Assembly: GCF_001194135.2 (NCBI RefSeq)
Contig: NC_068987.1
Location: forward strand, 95,491,082 to 95,528,529
Origin: Octopus bimaculoides
Lineage: Eukaryota
Length of the DNA stretch: 37,448 nt
Direction of reading: 5' to 3'
Shown piece by piece: positions 22,853 to 34,266 of the stretch (the stretch's first letter is position 1; every line of letters starts with the position of its first letter). The position numbers and the translations under genes were made by a program. The notes beneath the pieces were generated by a model. That model did not search any database, was not told where the DNA came from, and saw only the letters and a program-made list of their open reading frames with translations.

Positions 22853-23669
22853 TAGAAAATCCTCTGGGATTTCTCAAACAGACCAGGTGCTAGAGCGTAA
22901 CAGACCAAACTTCATGGTGGTCGAGAAGATGCACCACATGTGCTATATAGTTAAAGTTTCGTGTCCCTTTGACCCACGAATAGTCGAAAGGAAAGCGAAA
23001 ACATAGATAAATACAACCCTCTTAAGTACGAAATAAACCGGTAAGGGAAAATGAAGCAGGTGAAGATAGTGCCAATTATCGTTGGATCCTTTGGGACAGT
23101 ATCAGAGTGGAAGTGCAATGGCCCAGTGGTTAGGGCAGCGGACTCGCGGTCGTAGGATCGCGGTTTCGATTCCCAGACCGGGCGTTGTGAGTGTTTATTG
23201 AGCGAAAACACCTAAAGCTCCATGAGGCTCCGGCAGTGGGGTGGTGGCGAACCCTGTTGTACTCTTTCTCCACAACTTTCTCTCACTCTTACTTCCTGTT
23301 TCCGTTGTGCCTGTAATTCAAAGGGCCAGCCTTGTCACACTCTGTGTTACGCTGAATATCCCCGAGAACTACGTTAAGGGTACATGTGTCTGTGGAGTGC
23401 TCAGCCACTTGCACGTTAATTTCACGAGCAGGCTGTTCCGTTAATCGGATCAACTGGAACCCTCGTCGTCGTAACCGACGGAGTGCCAACAGTATCAGAA
23501 GGCATCAAGAGGAATATAAAGAAAATCGAAACAGTGTCCAGTAATAATAAACAGGGAAGTATTAGATAGTTGAAGAACAGTTATCATGGCACCATAGCAA
23601 GCTCGCTACGCATGCAAGACTCCAGGAGTTACGACAAAACCTGTGATAAAGAGAAATAATAATAATAAT
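22853..23669 (+). mobile_element. Second 5'-truncated R4/Dong-type copy (RLE region to (TAA)n tail), directly after the tail of the first and interrupted by a SINE
   Basis: RKILWDF(fs)QTDQVLERNRPNFMVVEK..MCYIVKVSCPFDPRI...VKIVPIIVGSFGTVS. Resumes after 23499 and ends with (AAT)n at 23655-23669. Confidence 0.75.
23107..23488 (+). mobile_element. Full-length family B tRNA-derived SINE with 11-bp target site duplication
   Basis: TSD ACAGTATCAGA at 23096-23106 and 23489-23499. A-box TGGCCCAGTGG, B-box GGTTTCGATTCCC. Confidence 0.92.
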
Positions 23670-23671
23670 GA

Positions 23672-23909
23672 TGATTTCAAATTTTGGTACAAAGCCAGCA
23701 ATTTTGGGGAGGAGTAAATCGATTACATCGACCCCAGTTTTAAACTGATGCCTATTTTATCGACCCCGAAAGGCAAAGTCAACCACGGCGGCAGTTGAAT
23801 CTAGAACGTAAAGACGAACAGAATGCCGCTAGACACTTTAACCGGCATGTTAATTATTCTGCCAGCTCGTCGCCTTCATAATAATAATAATAATCCTTTC
23901 TACTATAGT

Positions 23910-23976
<67 letters not shown>

Positions 23977-24158
23977 GTGGGGAAGAGGGTAGTCGATTAC
24001 ATCGACCCCGGCACTTGATTGGTACTTAATTTATCAACCCTGAAAAGATGAAGGCCAAAGTCGACCTCGGTGGAATTTGAACTCAGAACGTAAGAACAGA
24101 CTAAATGCCGCTAAGCATTTTGCCCAGCGCGCTAACGATTCTGCCAGCTCACCGCCTT
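23672..24158 (-). mobile_element. Two family A SINEs (23672-23877, and 23892-24158 with a (GT)n tract in its tail)
   Basis: Reverse-complement family A motifs AAAGTC(G/A)ACC(T/A)CGG and CTGCCAGCTC(G/A)(T/C)CGCCTT. Confidence 0.85.
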
Positions 24159-24212
24159 AATAATAATAATGATGATGATAATAATAATAATGATAATAAT
24201 AATAATAATAAT

Positions 24213-24381
24213 AAGATAGTTCAAAATACAAAGACCTGGAAATAGAGATAACTCGAATGTGGAATCTAAAAACAGAAACAATTCCTATCATAGTAGGTGC
24301 CTTAGGTATAATAAAAAAATATTCAGACAAATACATAACAAAAACACCAGGACTTACAAATATATATAACATACAGAAATT
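24213..24381 (+). mobile_element. R4/Dong-type RLE C-terminal fragment after a (TAA)n tract, running into a gap
   Basis: SKYKDLEIEITRMWNLKTETIPIIVGALGIIKKYSDKYITKTPGLTNIYNIQK, preceded by (TAA)n at 24158-24212. Confidence 0.8.
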
Positions 24382-24985
24382 NNNNNNNNNNNNNNNNNNN
24401 NNNNNNNNNNNNNNNNNNNNNNNNNNNNNNNNNNNNNNNNNNNNNNNNNNNNNNNNNNNNNNNNNNNNNNNNNNNNNNNNNNNNNNNNNNNNNNNNNNNN
24501 NNNNNNNNNNNNNNNNNNNNNNNNNNNNNNNNNNNNNNNNNNNNNNNNNNNNNNNNNNNNNNNNNNNNNNNNNNNNNNNNNNNNNNNNNNNNNNNNNNNN
24601 NNNNNNNNNNNNNNNNNNNNNNNNNNNNNNNNNNNNNNNNNNNNNNNNNNNNNNNNNNNNNNNNNNNNNNNNNNNNNNATAATGTGTTTGTGTGTGTGTG
24701 TGTGTGTGTCTCGGAAAAAAAACCTTGTACATGACTCAATAATGAAATTAGTATTTTGTTAAAATTTTTGGACATCACGTGCATTTTCGTGTGATTTTTT
24801 TCGAATAATTTTTTTTCCTGTCAACAACGAAAGAAAAAAATGACGTAAGATATTTGTATCATTGGCAAACCTTAAAAAGACACTAAAATAAAATTTTAAA
24901 ATGTTACTAAGAAAATAATAATAATAATAATAATAATAGTAATAATAATAATAATAATAACAATGATGACGATAATAATGATGAC

Positions 24986-25023
<38 letters not shown>

Positions 25024-25703
25024 CAACGTTGGAAAATAATTCCAAATGATTAAATCCATATGCTCGTCAAGTGGTTTCGTCCGTTGTGTGAAACGACTCG
25101 AAGAGATGTTACGGAGGTTGGCGGAAAGAAGACCGGAAATATAAAAAATGGGTGAAGGTGATAACTAGAAATTAAGTTGGAGGATTGAAAGGGAAACGAA
25201 GAAGGAGGGAGAACAACCACTACAACGACATCAATAACAATATCGAATCAACAAAGGAACTTCTGTCACAACAAAACACCTTATCGTCTTGAAAAAGGAA
25301 GGACACATAGGATGATGTAGTTTTACATAAACTATGAGAGATGGTTACATAGACGCGTATGTTTATGGTGATATCATCCGACCACATATTGCTAAATATT
25401 ACATAAGCATATATTGCGAGACGAAAGTGACTACTAGCCAGGTGTCGCCATCGTCACCGATGTTTCTAATGGCGATCTTTGTGTTCCTCTTGTGGAACCA
25501 GCTTATGGGCAAGTGTATCTCGTACTATTCAAGCTTGCGCTTTCGCCTCGTCTTATGTTTTAAAAATGTTTCGTAGACTGCCATAAGCTGTCTGTCTCCT
25601 AATATATAATAGTTCACTTGAAATATCTGCGAGACTGTTTCTAATTCTTGTACTTGACGAGGGCGAAGAAACCTTGTACATGTTTAGCGAGGCGCGCGCA
25701 CAA

Positions 25704-25742
<39 letters not shown>

Positions 25743-26114
25743 TGCACACTATTTCTTTTTTCTTCACACGGGCCTCTGTAATTAATTGTGGAAGGCTAGC
25801 TCCTCAGTCTTGTGCAGAAAATATGGCAAGCCCTCGATCTTTCGTGGAAATGCTTCATATCGAGAGCTTTCTTATTGGTGTAGACACTAACAAAAGATAA
25901 TCTATCGTTGTTCGTATTCACACTTGAAGCCATACGTGCATGCATACAATTATTGACAAGATTTCGACTCGGTTAAGTTAAAATCTCTGTGTTTTTTTTT
26001 TTCTTTTTTTTAGTTTGTTGTATATTATTAACATTTTGTGTTGTAATTCAATCAACATTCTACTTTTTGTTATTTTATTTGTGCTGAATGTATTATGTGA
26101 TATTGAAATTTAAC

Positions 26115-26480
26115 CGATACCCATCGACTCCAGTACTTGACTGGTACTTAATCTCATCGACTCCAAAAGTATGAAAGCCAAAGTTGGCTTCCACGGGAAT
26201 TGAGCCCACAATGTAAACCGCTTGAAGAAATATCGTAAAGTATTTAACCGACGCTCAGTAGGCTTGCAGCTTAATGCTTTCTAATTTAGGCATAAGGCCA
26301 ACAATTTTGGAGAGAGGGGATTAATTGAAATCAGTGGCTACCAGTACTTGACTGGTACTTATTTTAGCAGCCCTAGGTGAATGAAAGACAAAGCTGACTT
26401 TGTCAGGATTTGAACTTAGCACGCAAAAATATCGGATCAAATAGCGCAAAGCATTTTCCCGCTGTTGTAATGATTCCAAC
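26115..26480 (-). mobile_element. Two decayed family A SINEs
   Basis: CCAGTACTTGACTGGTACTTA occurs twice (about 26131 and 26341), each followed by ATGAAAG.CAAAG motifs. Confidence 0.55.
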
Positions 26481-27309
26481 TATATATATATATATATATA
26501 TATNNNNNNNNNNNNNNNNNNNNNNNNNNNNNNNNNNNNNNNNNNNNNNNNNNNNNNNNNNNNNNNNNNNNNNNNNNNNNNNNNNNNNNNNNNNNNNNNN
26601 NNNNNNNNNNNNNNNNNNNNNNNNNNNNNNNNNNNNNNNNNNNNNNNNNNNNNNNNNNNNNNNNNNNNNNNNNNNNNNNNNNNNNNNNNNNNNNNNNNNN
26701 NNNNNTATATATATATATATTTATATATATATATATATACATACATACATACATACATACATACATACATACATACATACATACATACATACATACATAA
26801 GCATGTATACATATATACGAGCAGACATGCATCATTGAGAAACGGACATTCGTAACCGAACGATTGATATTGCTGGTCATTACACTTATCCACTACTTCA
26901 GTTTGCAGCAGATTGTAGATGCACCAACGAGAGGAGGTTTCACTCGATCTTGTTCCTACAGATTTACTCGTAGAGGCCATTGCTTCAGCTCACAGACTGT
27001 AGATCTGTGTTGCTGAAACTGAACACCGCAATGAACTCAGGTTAATCATGTAAGTATAAAAAGTTTGGTATAAGTAAAATATTTGACTGTAGCAATAATT
27101 TTCTTGCTCTTTATGAAGAAAATTATACCATAGTCAGTTATTGCATTAAATTAACTGAATATTTTCATGGTAAATTTGAGCTAATTTAAACGTCAGAAAT
27201 TGTCTTTTTATTCTTGTGTAGTTTGAACCTTATGCAATAAAATAGCAGGAAATAATCAACGTTTAATTATTAACATACACTGGTTTTTAAATTAAATGAT
27301 GCCAAAGGT

Positions 27310-27323
27310 TATCTATCTATTTG

Positions 27324-27390
<67 letters not shown>

Positions 27391-27403
27391 GTCTGTCTGT
27401 CTA

Positions 27404-27436
<33 letters not shown>
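27310..27436. repeat. (TATC)n/(TGTC)n microsatellite
   Basis: Read directly from the sequence. Confidence 0.95.
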
Positions 27437-27438
<2 letters not shown>

Positions 27439-27539
27439 CTTCTGAACTTAACCCATGTACGTATTTTTTCTTGCTCTCTTCTATCTTTCCTTATCTCCTT
27501 TTCTCTCTTATTATCTCTTCCTGGATTTTCCTCTAATAT

Positions 27540-27572
27540 CTGACGAAGGACCCTGTCCGAAATGTTATAATT
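27540..27572 (+). ncRNA. Candidate minimal type I hammerhead ribozyme motif (Penelope-like element type)
   Basis: CTGACGA-A-GGAC(CCT)GTCC-GAAA-TGTT: both conserved core halves around a 4-bp stem II. Stem I is only partly paired (TAT/ATA). Confidence 0.4.
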
Positions 27573-27995
27573 TTACGGTATNNNNNNNNNNNNNNNNNNN
27601 NNNNNNNNNNNNNNNNNNNNNNNNNNNNNNNNNNNNNNNNNNNNNNNNNNNNNNNNNNNNNNNNNNNNNNNNNNNNNNNNNNNNNNNNNNNNNNNNNNNN
27701 NNNNNNNNNNNNNNNNNNNNNNNNNNNNNNNNNNNNNNNNNNNNNNNNNNNNNNNNNNNNNNNNNNNNNNNNNNNNNNNNNNNNNNNNNNNNNNNNNNNN
27801 NNNNNNNNNNNNNNNNNNNNNNNNNNNNNNNNNNNNNNNNNNNNNNNNNNNNNNNNNNNNNNNNNNNNNNNNNNNNNNNNNNNNNNNNNNNNNNNNNNNN
27901 NNNNNNNNNNNNNNNNNNNNNNNNNNNNNNNNNNNNNNNNNNNNNNNNNNNNNNNNNNNNNNNTATATACATACACATACACAAACACGCACGCA

Positions 27996-28068
<73 letters not shown>

Positions 28069-28319
28069 GTAACTTTCGAACAATGAAAATGAGTTCTCAA
28101 CATCGCATTGGTGGATAAAGATTATTTGTGTGTTCAGGTTGCTATTGGTTTCACGATTAAAAATATACCAACAATTATTCAAGCCAATCATAAAGAAAAA
28201 TTAATATACATCTCCATTTTGGATTAAAATATATATATATATTTATATATCTATATCTACGCACTCACATACACACATACACAAACACACACACACACAC
28301 ACAGACACAATGGGCTCTA

Positions 28320-28600
28320 CCGTCGCAGATGACGTATGAGCGTTCAGCTTTTGCCGAACGGCCTTCGCAAATTTGTTTATGGTGATCAAACGTTCATGCA
28401 GCACATTAGCTCACTCTCTCTATCAAATCGACCTTGTCTGAGCAGCTGCACTGTGTATTACGCAACAGGTGTCAAAGTGATCGCAGAGCAATGTGAAATG
28501 AAGTGTTTTGTTCAAGAACACAACGCATCACCCGGTTTACGAATTGAAATCATGGCCTAGATATCTTGAGTGCAACACCTTAACCACTAAGCCATGTGCC

Positions 28601-28603
<3 letters not shown>
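28320..28603 (-). mobile_element. Family C tRNA-derived SINE
   Basis: Minus strand GAAGGCACATGGCTTAGTGGTTAAGGTGTTG...TTCTTGAACAAAACACTTCATTTCACATTGCTCTG. Confidence 0.65.
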
Positions 28604-28636
<33 letters not shown>

Positions 28637-28643
28637 TACACAC

Positions 28644-28681
<38 letters not shown>

Positions 28682-28820
28682 NNNNNNNNNNNNNNNNNNN
28701 NNNNNNNNNNNNNNNNNNNNNNNNNNNNNNNNNNNNNNNNNNNNNNNNNNNNNNNNNNNNNNNNNNNNNNNNNNNNNNNNNNNNNNNNNNNNNNNNNNNN
28801 NNNNNNNNNNNNNNNNNNNN

Positions 28821-29480
28821 ACTAAGATCCCACCCTATTTTTTTAATTTAAATTTTTTTAAAGGTTTAATTAAAAAAATAACAACTAATTAATCAATAAT
28901 GTATTCACCCTTGTTGTTTACATCTTCTTCCCAACGTTCAACAAGATTTTCAATACCTCGTTGGTAGAAATCACCCGATTTCGACTCGAAAAATTGATCC
29001 AACCAAGCTTTCAATTCTGCATCAGTATTGAACGAAACTCCGCGCATAGCATTTGAAAGAGATCAAAAGAGGTGGAAATCCGTTGGTGCCAAATCAGGAG
29101 AGTACGGCGGATGTGGCAGCACTTCCCAGCCATGCGTTTGAATGGATCCTTTGGTCATATTGGCAATATGAGGGCGGGCGTTGTCATGCAGCAGAGGAAC
29201 TCCATGCTGACGATTAGGTCTTTTCTCTTGAATAGCCGTGTTGAGTCGTTCCATCTGTTGAACAAAGATTTCCGCGTTGACCGTTTGGTTCCGTTCAAGC
29301 CATTCGTAATGGATAATCCCTTCCCAGTCCACCATACGCACAACGTCGTTTTACGCGGATGAAGATCGTGTTTCACGCTTGCGTCCATGAGTTGAGCGGT
29401 GACGAGCAAACAAACCAGCGGAGATTGTGGATCGTTGATTTTTGTTGTCACTTAAAGCATTATATCAACCAGACTCTCGG
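28821..29480 (-). mobile_element. Mariner (DD34D) transposase pseudogene with 3' subterminal region
   Basis: KHDLHPRKTTLCVW(fs)DWEGIIHYE...LLHDNARPH...HPPYSPDLAPTDFHLF*SLSNAM...LVERWEEDVNNKGEYIID*. Exactly 34 residues separate the 2nd and 3rd Asp. The region of the first Asp is deleted, and there is one frameshift and a TGA at a likely CGA. Confidence 0.92.
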
Positions 29481-29607
29481 ATGTTGTTACACAACGCTGA
29501 TCACGACGTGCTTCCTGGCGTTGCTGTCGCTTTCAAACGATGCTGCCTTGTTGGTTAGGCGGTCAGACCAACATTGCTCCCAAACAGAACGCCTGTCCCC
29601 CCTCGTA

Positions 29608-29750
29608 GTTACCCATTTACAGCTGAATGGCTAAGAACAAGGGGAAATGTAGTGTTTTGTTGAAGAACACCAAACACCACCGGTCCAGGAATCGAAATGA
29701 CGACCTTGCGATCGTGAGCAAAATCTTGACCAGTAGGCCGCGCGCTCTCC
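29608..29750 (-). mobile_element. Diverged family C-like SINE
   Basis: CCAGGAATCGAAA (B-box, reverse) and GTGTTTTGTTGAAGAACAC CORE-like segment. Confidence 0.55.
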
Positions 29751-29792
<42 letters not shown>

Positions 29793-29893
29793 CACATACA
29801 TGCATATATAACAGTCTGTGTGTCCTATTTAATATGGATATACTTTAAGAAAGCCATAACCCTGCGGTATTCCCCTTAAGAATGCATCTCATA

Positions 29894-30058
29894 TACGAAG
29901 GAGTGCTAAAAAGTTCCTGGCTTTAAGTGTATCGCGAAAGGTCTGGTTGAATGCCCAGCTTTCCTAGTTCTTTTACAAGGCTTAGAAAAGCTGAAGGACC
30001 ACTGTGTGAATCTGAGAGGGGAATCTGTTGAGCAATAACTTTTCAGTACCCACTCATA
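29894..30058 (+). mobile_element. Mariner-derived MITE (deletion derivative)
   Basis: Imperfect 22-bp TIRs TACGAAGGAGTGCTAAAAAGTT / AACTTTTCAGTACCCACTCATA. Internal GLEKLKDHCVNLRGESVEQ* resembles a mariner C-terminus. Confidence 0.7.
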
Positions 30059-30131
30059 GATGTATAGTGCTGACTTCTATAAGAGAAGCCTTCTCAAGGC
30101 GAATAGTGCAATATCGTGACTTTCTTACAGT

Positions 30132-30513
30132 GTTGGCACTCCGTCGCTTACGACGTCGAGGGTTCCAGTTGATCCGATCAACGGAACAGCCTGCTCGTGA
30201 AATTAACGTGCAAGTGGTTGAGCACTCCACAGACACGTGTAGCCTTAACGTAGTTCTCAGGGATATTCAGCGTGACACAGTGTGTGACAAGGCTGACCCC
30301 TTGAATTACAGGCACAACAGAGACAGGAAGTAAGAGTGAGAGAAAGTTGTGGTGAAAGAGTACAGCAGGGTTCGCCACCATCCCCTGCCGGAACCTCGTG
30401 GAGCTTTAGGTGTTTTCGCTCAATAAACACTCACAACGCCCGGTCTGGAATTTGAAACCGCGATCTTATGACCGCGAGTCCGCTGCCCTAACCACTGGGC
30501 CATTGCGCCTCCA
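30132..30513 (-). mobile_element. Full-length family B SINE with 11-bp target site duplication
   Basis: TSD TTTCTTACAGT at 30121-30131 and 30514-30524. Collinear reverse complement of 23107-23488. Confidence 0.92.
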
Positions 30514-30857
30514 TTTCTTACAGTATAAGCACGTTAAATAAGATAGACAAATTGTTATTTATGCACGTGTATGTGTGTGATTGTGAGTGTGCGTGTATGT
30601 GCGCGCGTGTATATGTGTGTGTATGGCTCAGAGAAAATACCTAAGACGAGCGTTCTGCTTACTCAATAGAAATACAAGGATTTCACATATGCAATACAAT
30701 AAGTTAAAGAATTTCGGTTAACTGAGATTATCTATGCAATTAAAAATCTTTTCTCGGTGTTTGTCAAATTGATAAAAATCAACAGCCAAGGGAGGTAATT
30801 GCAAGAAAATCACTAAGTTGTTTCAGTCATTTGACTGCGGCCATGCTTAGGCATTGA

Positions 30858-31064
30858 CTCAATGTCATGGTCAATGCGACGATCGCACACTACACACGTT
30901 CTTTCCAAAAACTGCCGTAAAAAGCGAATGTGGGCTAGAGCGTTAAAACTGAGTGCGCATGCACAACAGAGTTCAAGGTCAATCTTCACTAAGCGACTTT
31001 GCTCTGCGTGCTTTAGATTCGTTACTATGACAACAGTTCGGATACTTATTTATTAAACCTCGTA
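30858..31064 (-). mobile_element. Probable 5' end (TIR, leader, ATG) of another mariner-family element
   Basis: The minus strand begins TACGAGGTTTAATAAATAAGTATCCG next to a TA/GT tract, with ATG at 30868, and is then truncated against a family D tail fragment (30817-30846). Confidence 0.45.
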
Positions 31065-31203
31065 TACGTGTGTGTGTGTGTATGTGTGCGTGTGTGTGTG
31101 TGTATGTGTGCGTGTGTGTGTGTTTATATATATACATATATACATACACACATATATATACATACATATAATATATATACATATATGTATGTGTATATAT
31201 ATA

Positions 31204-31234
<31 letters not shown>

Positions 31235-31371
31235 GGATATACATATCCATATATAAACATATATGTATATACACACCACACACACACACACACACACATA
31301 TATACACATACATATATATGCACATATATATATATATATACATATATATACATATACATATATAAATATGC

Positions 31372-31408
<37 letters not shown>

Positions 31409-31560
31409 TATACATATATACATACATATATATATATATTATATATATANNNNNNNNNNNNNNNNNNNNNNNNNNNNNNNNNNNNNNNNNNNNNNNNNNN
31501 NNNNNNNNNNTATACACACACATATATATACATATATACATATATATACATATATATATA
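31065..31560. repeat. Compound (GT)n/(AT)n/(CA)n microsatellite with a gap
   Basis: Read directly from the sequence. Confidence 0.95.
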
Positions 31561-32328
31561 TCCAGAAGTAGGTAAGACTTTCTCTGAAATTAGGAAAATT
31601 CACTTGTAATTTCTTTTTTTCCCACGGTTTCGTATCAACACGGACAGGAGGTAAATAATTTAGGTTTGGTGCTCTATTGTTATTTGAAAGCTTATATCCG
31701 ACTCTTGTCTCATTATCAGTTCCGTTCAGTAAGATTCTAAAACTAAATCTTGTGAAGGGTTTTAATATTTTTGCCTCTTTTAAATGTAATCTTGCTAAAA
31801 CCACATCCTTCGACAAGAAACAGGTTCTTTTCCGTTACTGCCCCGATCTGAGATAAGTTGTTATTGCTGTTGTTGTTATTGTTGTTGTTGTTATTGTTGT
31901 TGTATAACTCCATCTCGGCTATAATCGTGGCCTCCTGTCGGAACCATTCTGACAGTGACTATCACACCTTTTTTTTTTTTTTTTTTTNNNNNNNNNNTTT
32001 TTTTTTTTTTTCTTTATTTCAACTATAGTCTATCAAGAATTATATTACACATGTCCTTTATTTCAAACAGTAGGGGGTTATATAAGAGAGACTTGGCAGT
32101 GTTTCATGAAAGTTCAATGACCACAAAAAGCATACCTCAGCGTTCGTGGTTTTAAGAAGTGTTTGCTAGTAGACGAGATTGACATCGATAACACCGTCCC
32201 AACGCCCAAGTCCTAGCTTTGGAATACATTAAGTTGTTATTCAGTAATCCTTCGTATACTACAATTTGACAGTTTCTGTCACACTTACATTTTCATCATC
32301 TCATTGTTAGCATCTCTCCCTTTCCCCA

Positions 32329-32374
<46 letters not shown>

Positions 32375-32538
32375 TCTCTCTTTCACTCTCCCTCATTCAT
32401 ACTTTTGTATTGCTTTGTTATATTGCTCTTTATACGAGAGTCAATGAAATAAGTACCAGATACATACTGGATCGATGTAATCGACTCACGTCCCCCCCAC
32501 CCAAATTTCGGGCCACGTGCATACATTAGAAATAATTG

Positions 32539-32587
<49 letters not shown>

Positions 32588-32590
32588 TAT

Positions 32591-33149
32591 TGAGTGAGAG
32601 AGCAGTGCATGCCATCAAAGTGACACTGGGGTAAAATATACGAAGCCCAGTATACCCATCATCACTACCCGTCTGATAAGGGTACACCAGGTATATGCAT
32701 CACAGCCATATGTGCGCGACATGGTGATCTCATATCAAGATAAACAGCGCATGACCTCGCAGGTGGGGCCCAGTTAGAATTTTCTTCAGGTCGAGTAGCC
32801 CATCATGCTCAAAAGGTCCCCGAATAAGTTTTGTTTAAGGATGTTGAGCAAAACACCCATGTTTCCAAAGGTGAATTTTTCAAAACCCAAAGAATTCCTC
32901 TCAACACATGACTATGATGCTTCCCCACTACTTCTGCTCGTGATCAGAGATGCACATATCGTTAGCCACCAAGGGACATGCTCAACTGGTTAAGGTCAAA
33001 CAACTGACAAGCAAATCTGTGGTATTGAGCACAATATTTGCTGTAGCCCATCTTTTATACCAAGACAAAACAATGTACATGATAACACTTCCAATCAATT
33101 AAGATCAGAAGCCATGAGAGCCACTGCCTGGTACTGCATCCGGGCATTT
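32591..33149 (-). mobile_element. About 560-bp non-coding interspersed element embedded in (TAA)n; probable non-autonomous retroelement
   Basis: Sharp boundaries against (TTA)n on both sides, higher GC than the flanks, and no long ORF. I recall it as an abundant octopus repeat (unverified). Confidence 0.55.
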
Positions 33150-33360
33150 TATTATTATTATTATTTTTATTATTGTTATTATTATTGTTGTTGTTGTTGT
33201 CTTGAAAGCTTTTACTGATTCTGGTAACAGAGGGCAGTGAAATTTTTATTTTTGATTTTCATACACCCTTATTATTTCTCTGTAAATTTTTCAGTCTTAC
33301 GCTAGAATCTGATCACATCTTTCTTATGAATTGCATTTTCTGTTTCCACAAATTCTTTAC

Positions 33361-33364
<4 letters not shown>

Positions 33365-33446
<82 letters not shown>

Positions 33447-33503
33447 ACTCTCTCTCTTTCTTTCTTTCTCTCCCCCCTCTCTCTCTCTCCCTCTCTCTTT
33501 CTC
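33365..33503. repeat. (CT)n microsatellite
   Basis: Read directly from the sequence. Confidence 0.95.
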
Positions 33504-33803
33504 ACTATGCATCTCAGTAATTAAGAAACATAATTACTGCTTTCATCTCCAGTTGAACGCAATAATTTAACATGTTTAAGAAATTGAGAATAAAATAGTA
33601 AAATAACAGGGGATAAAACCATTTTCCTGCTTTAAAGAAAGTAAAAAAAAAAAAAAAAAAAANNNNNNNNNNAAAAAAAAAAAAAAAAAAAAACACGACC
33701 AACGAAAATATCACTACATTTAAATTTTGACATAAAAATTCTAAATTTTTCGGTTTGGTTTCTTGATGGAATGTTACAAAATGGTTTAGTAACACGTAAT
33801 AGC

Positions 33804-34026
33804 AATAATCTTTTCTATTATAGGCTCAAGGCCTGAAATTTGAGGGGGAAGGATTAAGTCGATTACATCGACCTCAGTACTCAACTGCTACTTTAATTCA
33901 TCGACCCCGAAAGGCTGAAAGGCAAAGTCGACCTCGGCGAAATTTCAACTCAAATCGTAAAGGCGCACGAAATACCGCCAAGCATTTTGCCCGGTGTGCT
34001 AACAATTCCGCCAGCACACCGCCTTC
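33804..34026 (-). mobile_element. Full-length family A SINE
   Basis: GAAAGGCAAAGTCGACCTCGGCG and CCGCCAGCACACCGCCTTC (reverse of the head). Confidence 0.85.
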
Positions 34027-34087
<61 letters not shown>

Positions 34088-34088
34088 T

Positions 34089-34200
34089 ATGGTACCCTAA
34101 GCATAACACCTACATGAACTTCTAACTTGTTGTCTCTTGAGGTCTCTGGGTGAGACTTGGATCCAACTTGTACAAATGCAAAACAAAAGTCAAACATAAA
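34089..34200 (+). mobile_element. Short insert between (TAA)n tracts; probable 3' UTR of a 5'-truncated TAA-targeting LINE
   Basis: 112 bp of complex sequence flanked by (TAA)n on both sides. The family assignment is inference. Confidence 0.4.
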
Positions 34201-34219
34201 ATAATAATAATAATAATAA

Positions 34220-34264
<45 letters not shown>

Positions 34265-34266
<2 letters not shown>

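Noticed and set aside
26800-27056. Minus ORF MASTSKSVG...ECPFLNDAC, and a + strand segment with acceptor 26961 and GTAAGT donor 27051
   Set aside because: The + segment has stops in all three frames, and the minus ORF lacks a credible donor and runs into a microsatellite.
5684-31571. Long ORFs containing X runs
   Set aside because: They stay open only because they cross N gaps.
33090-33149. HDV-like ribozyme or U2 snRNA-derived 5' end of the 560-bp element
   Set aside because: I could not build P1 and P3 pairings, and the U2 similarity is only a few bases.
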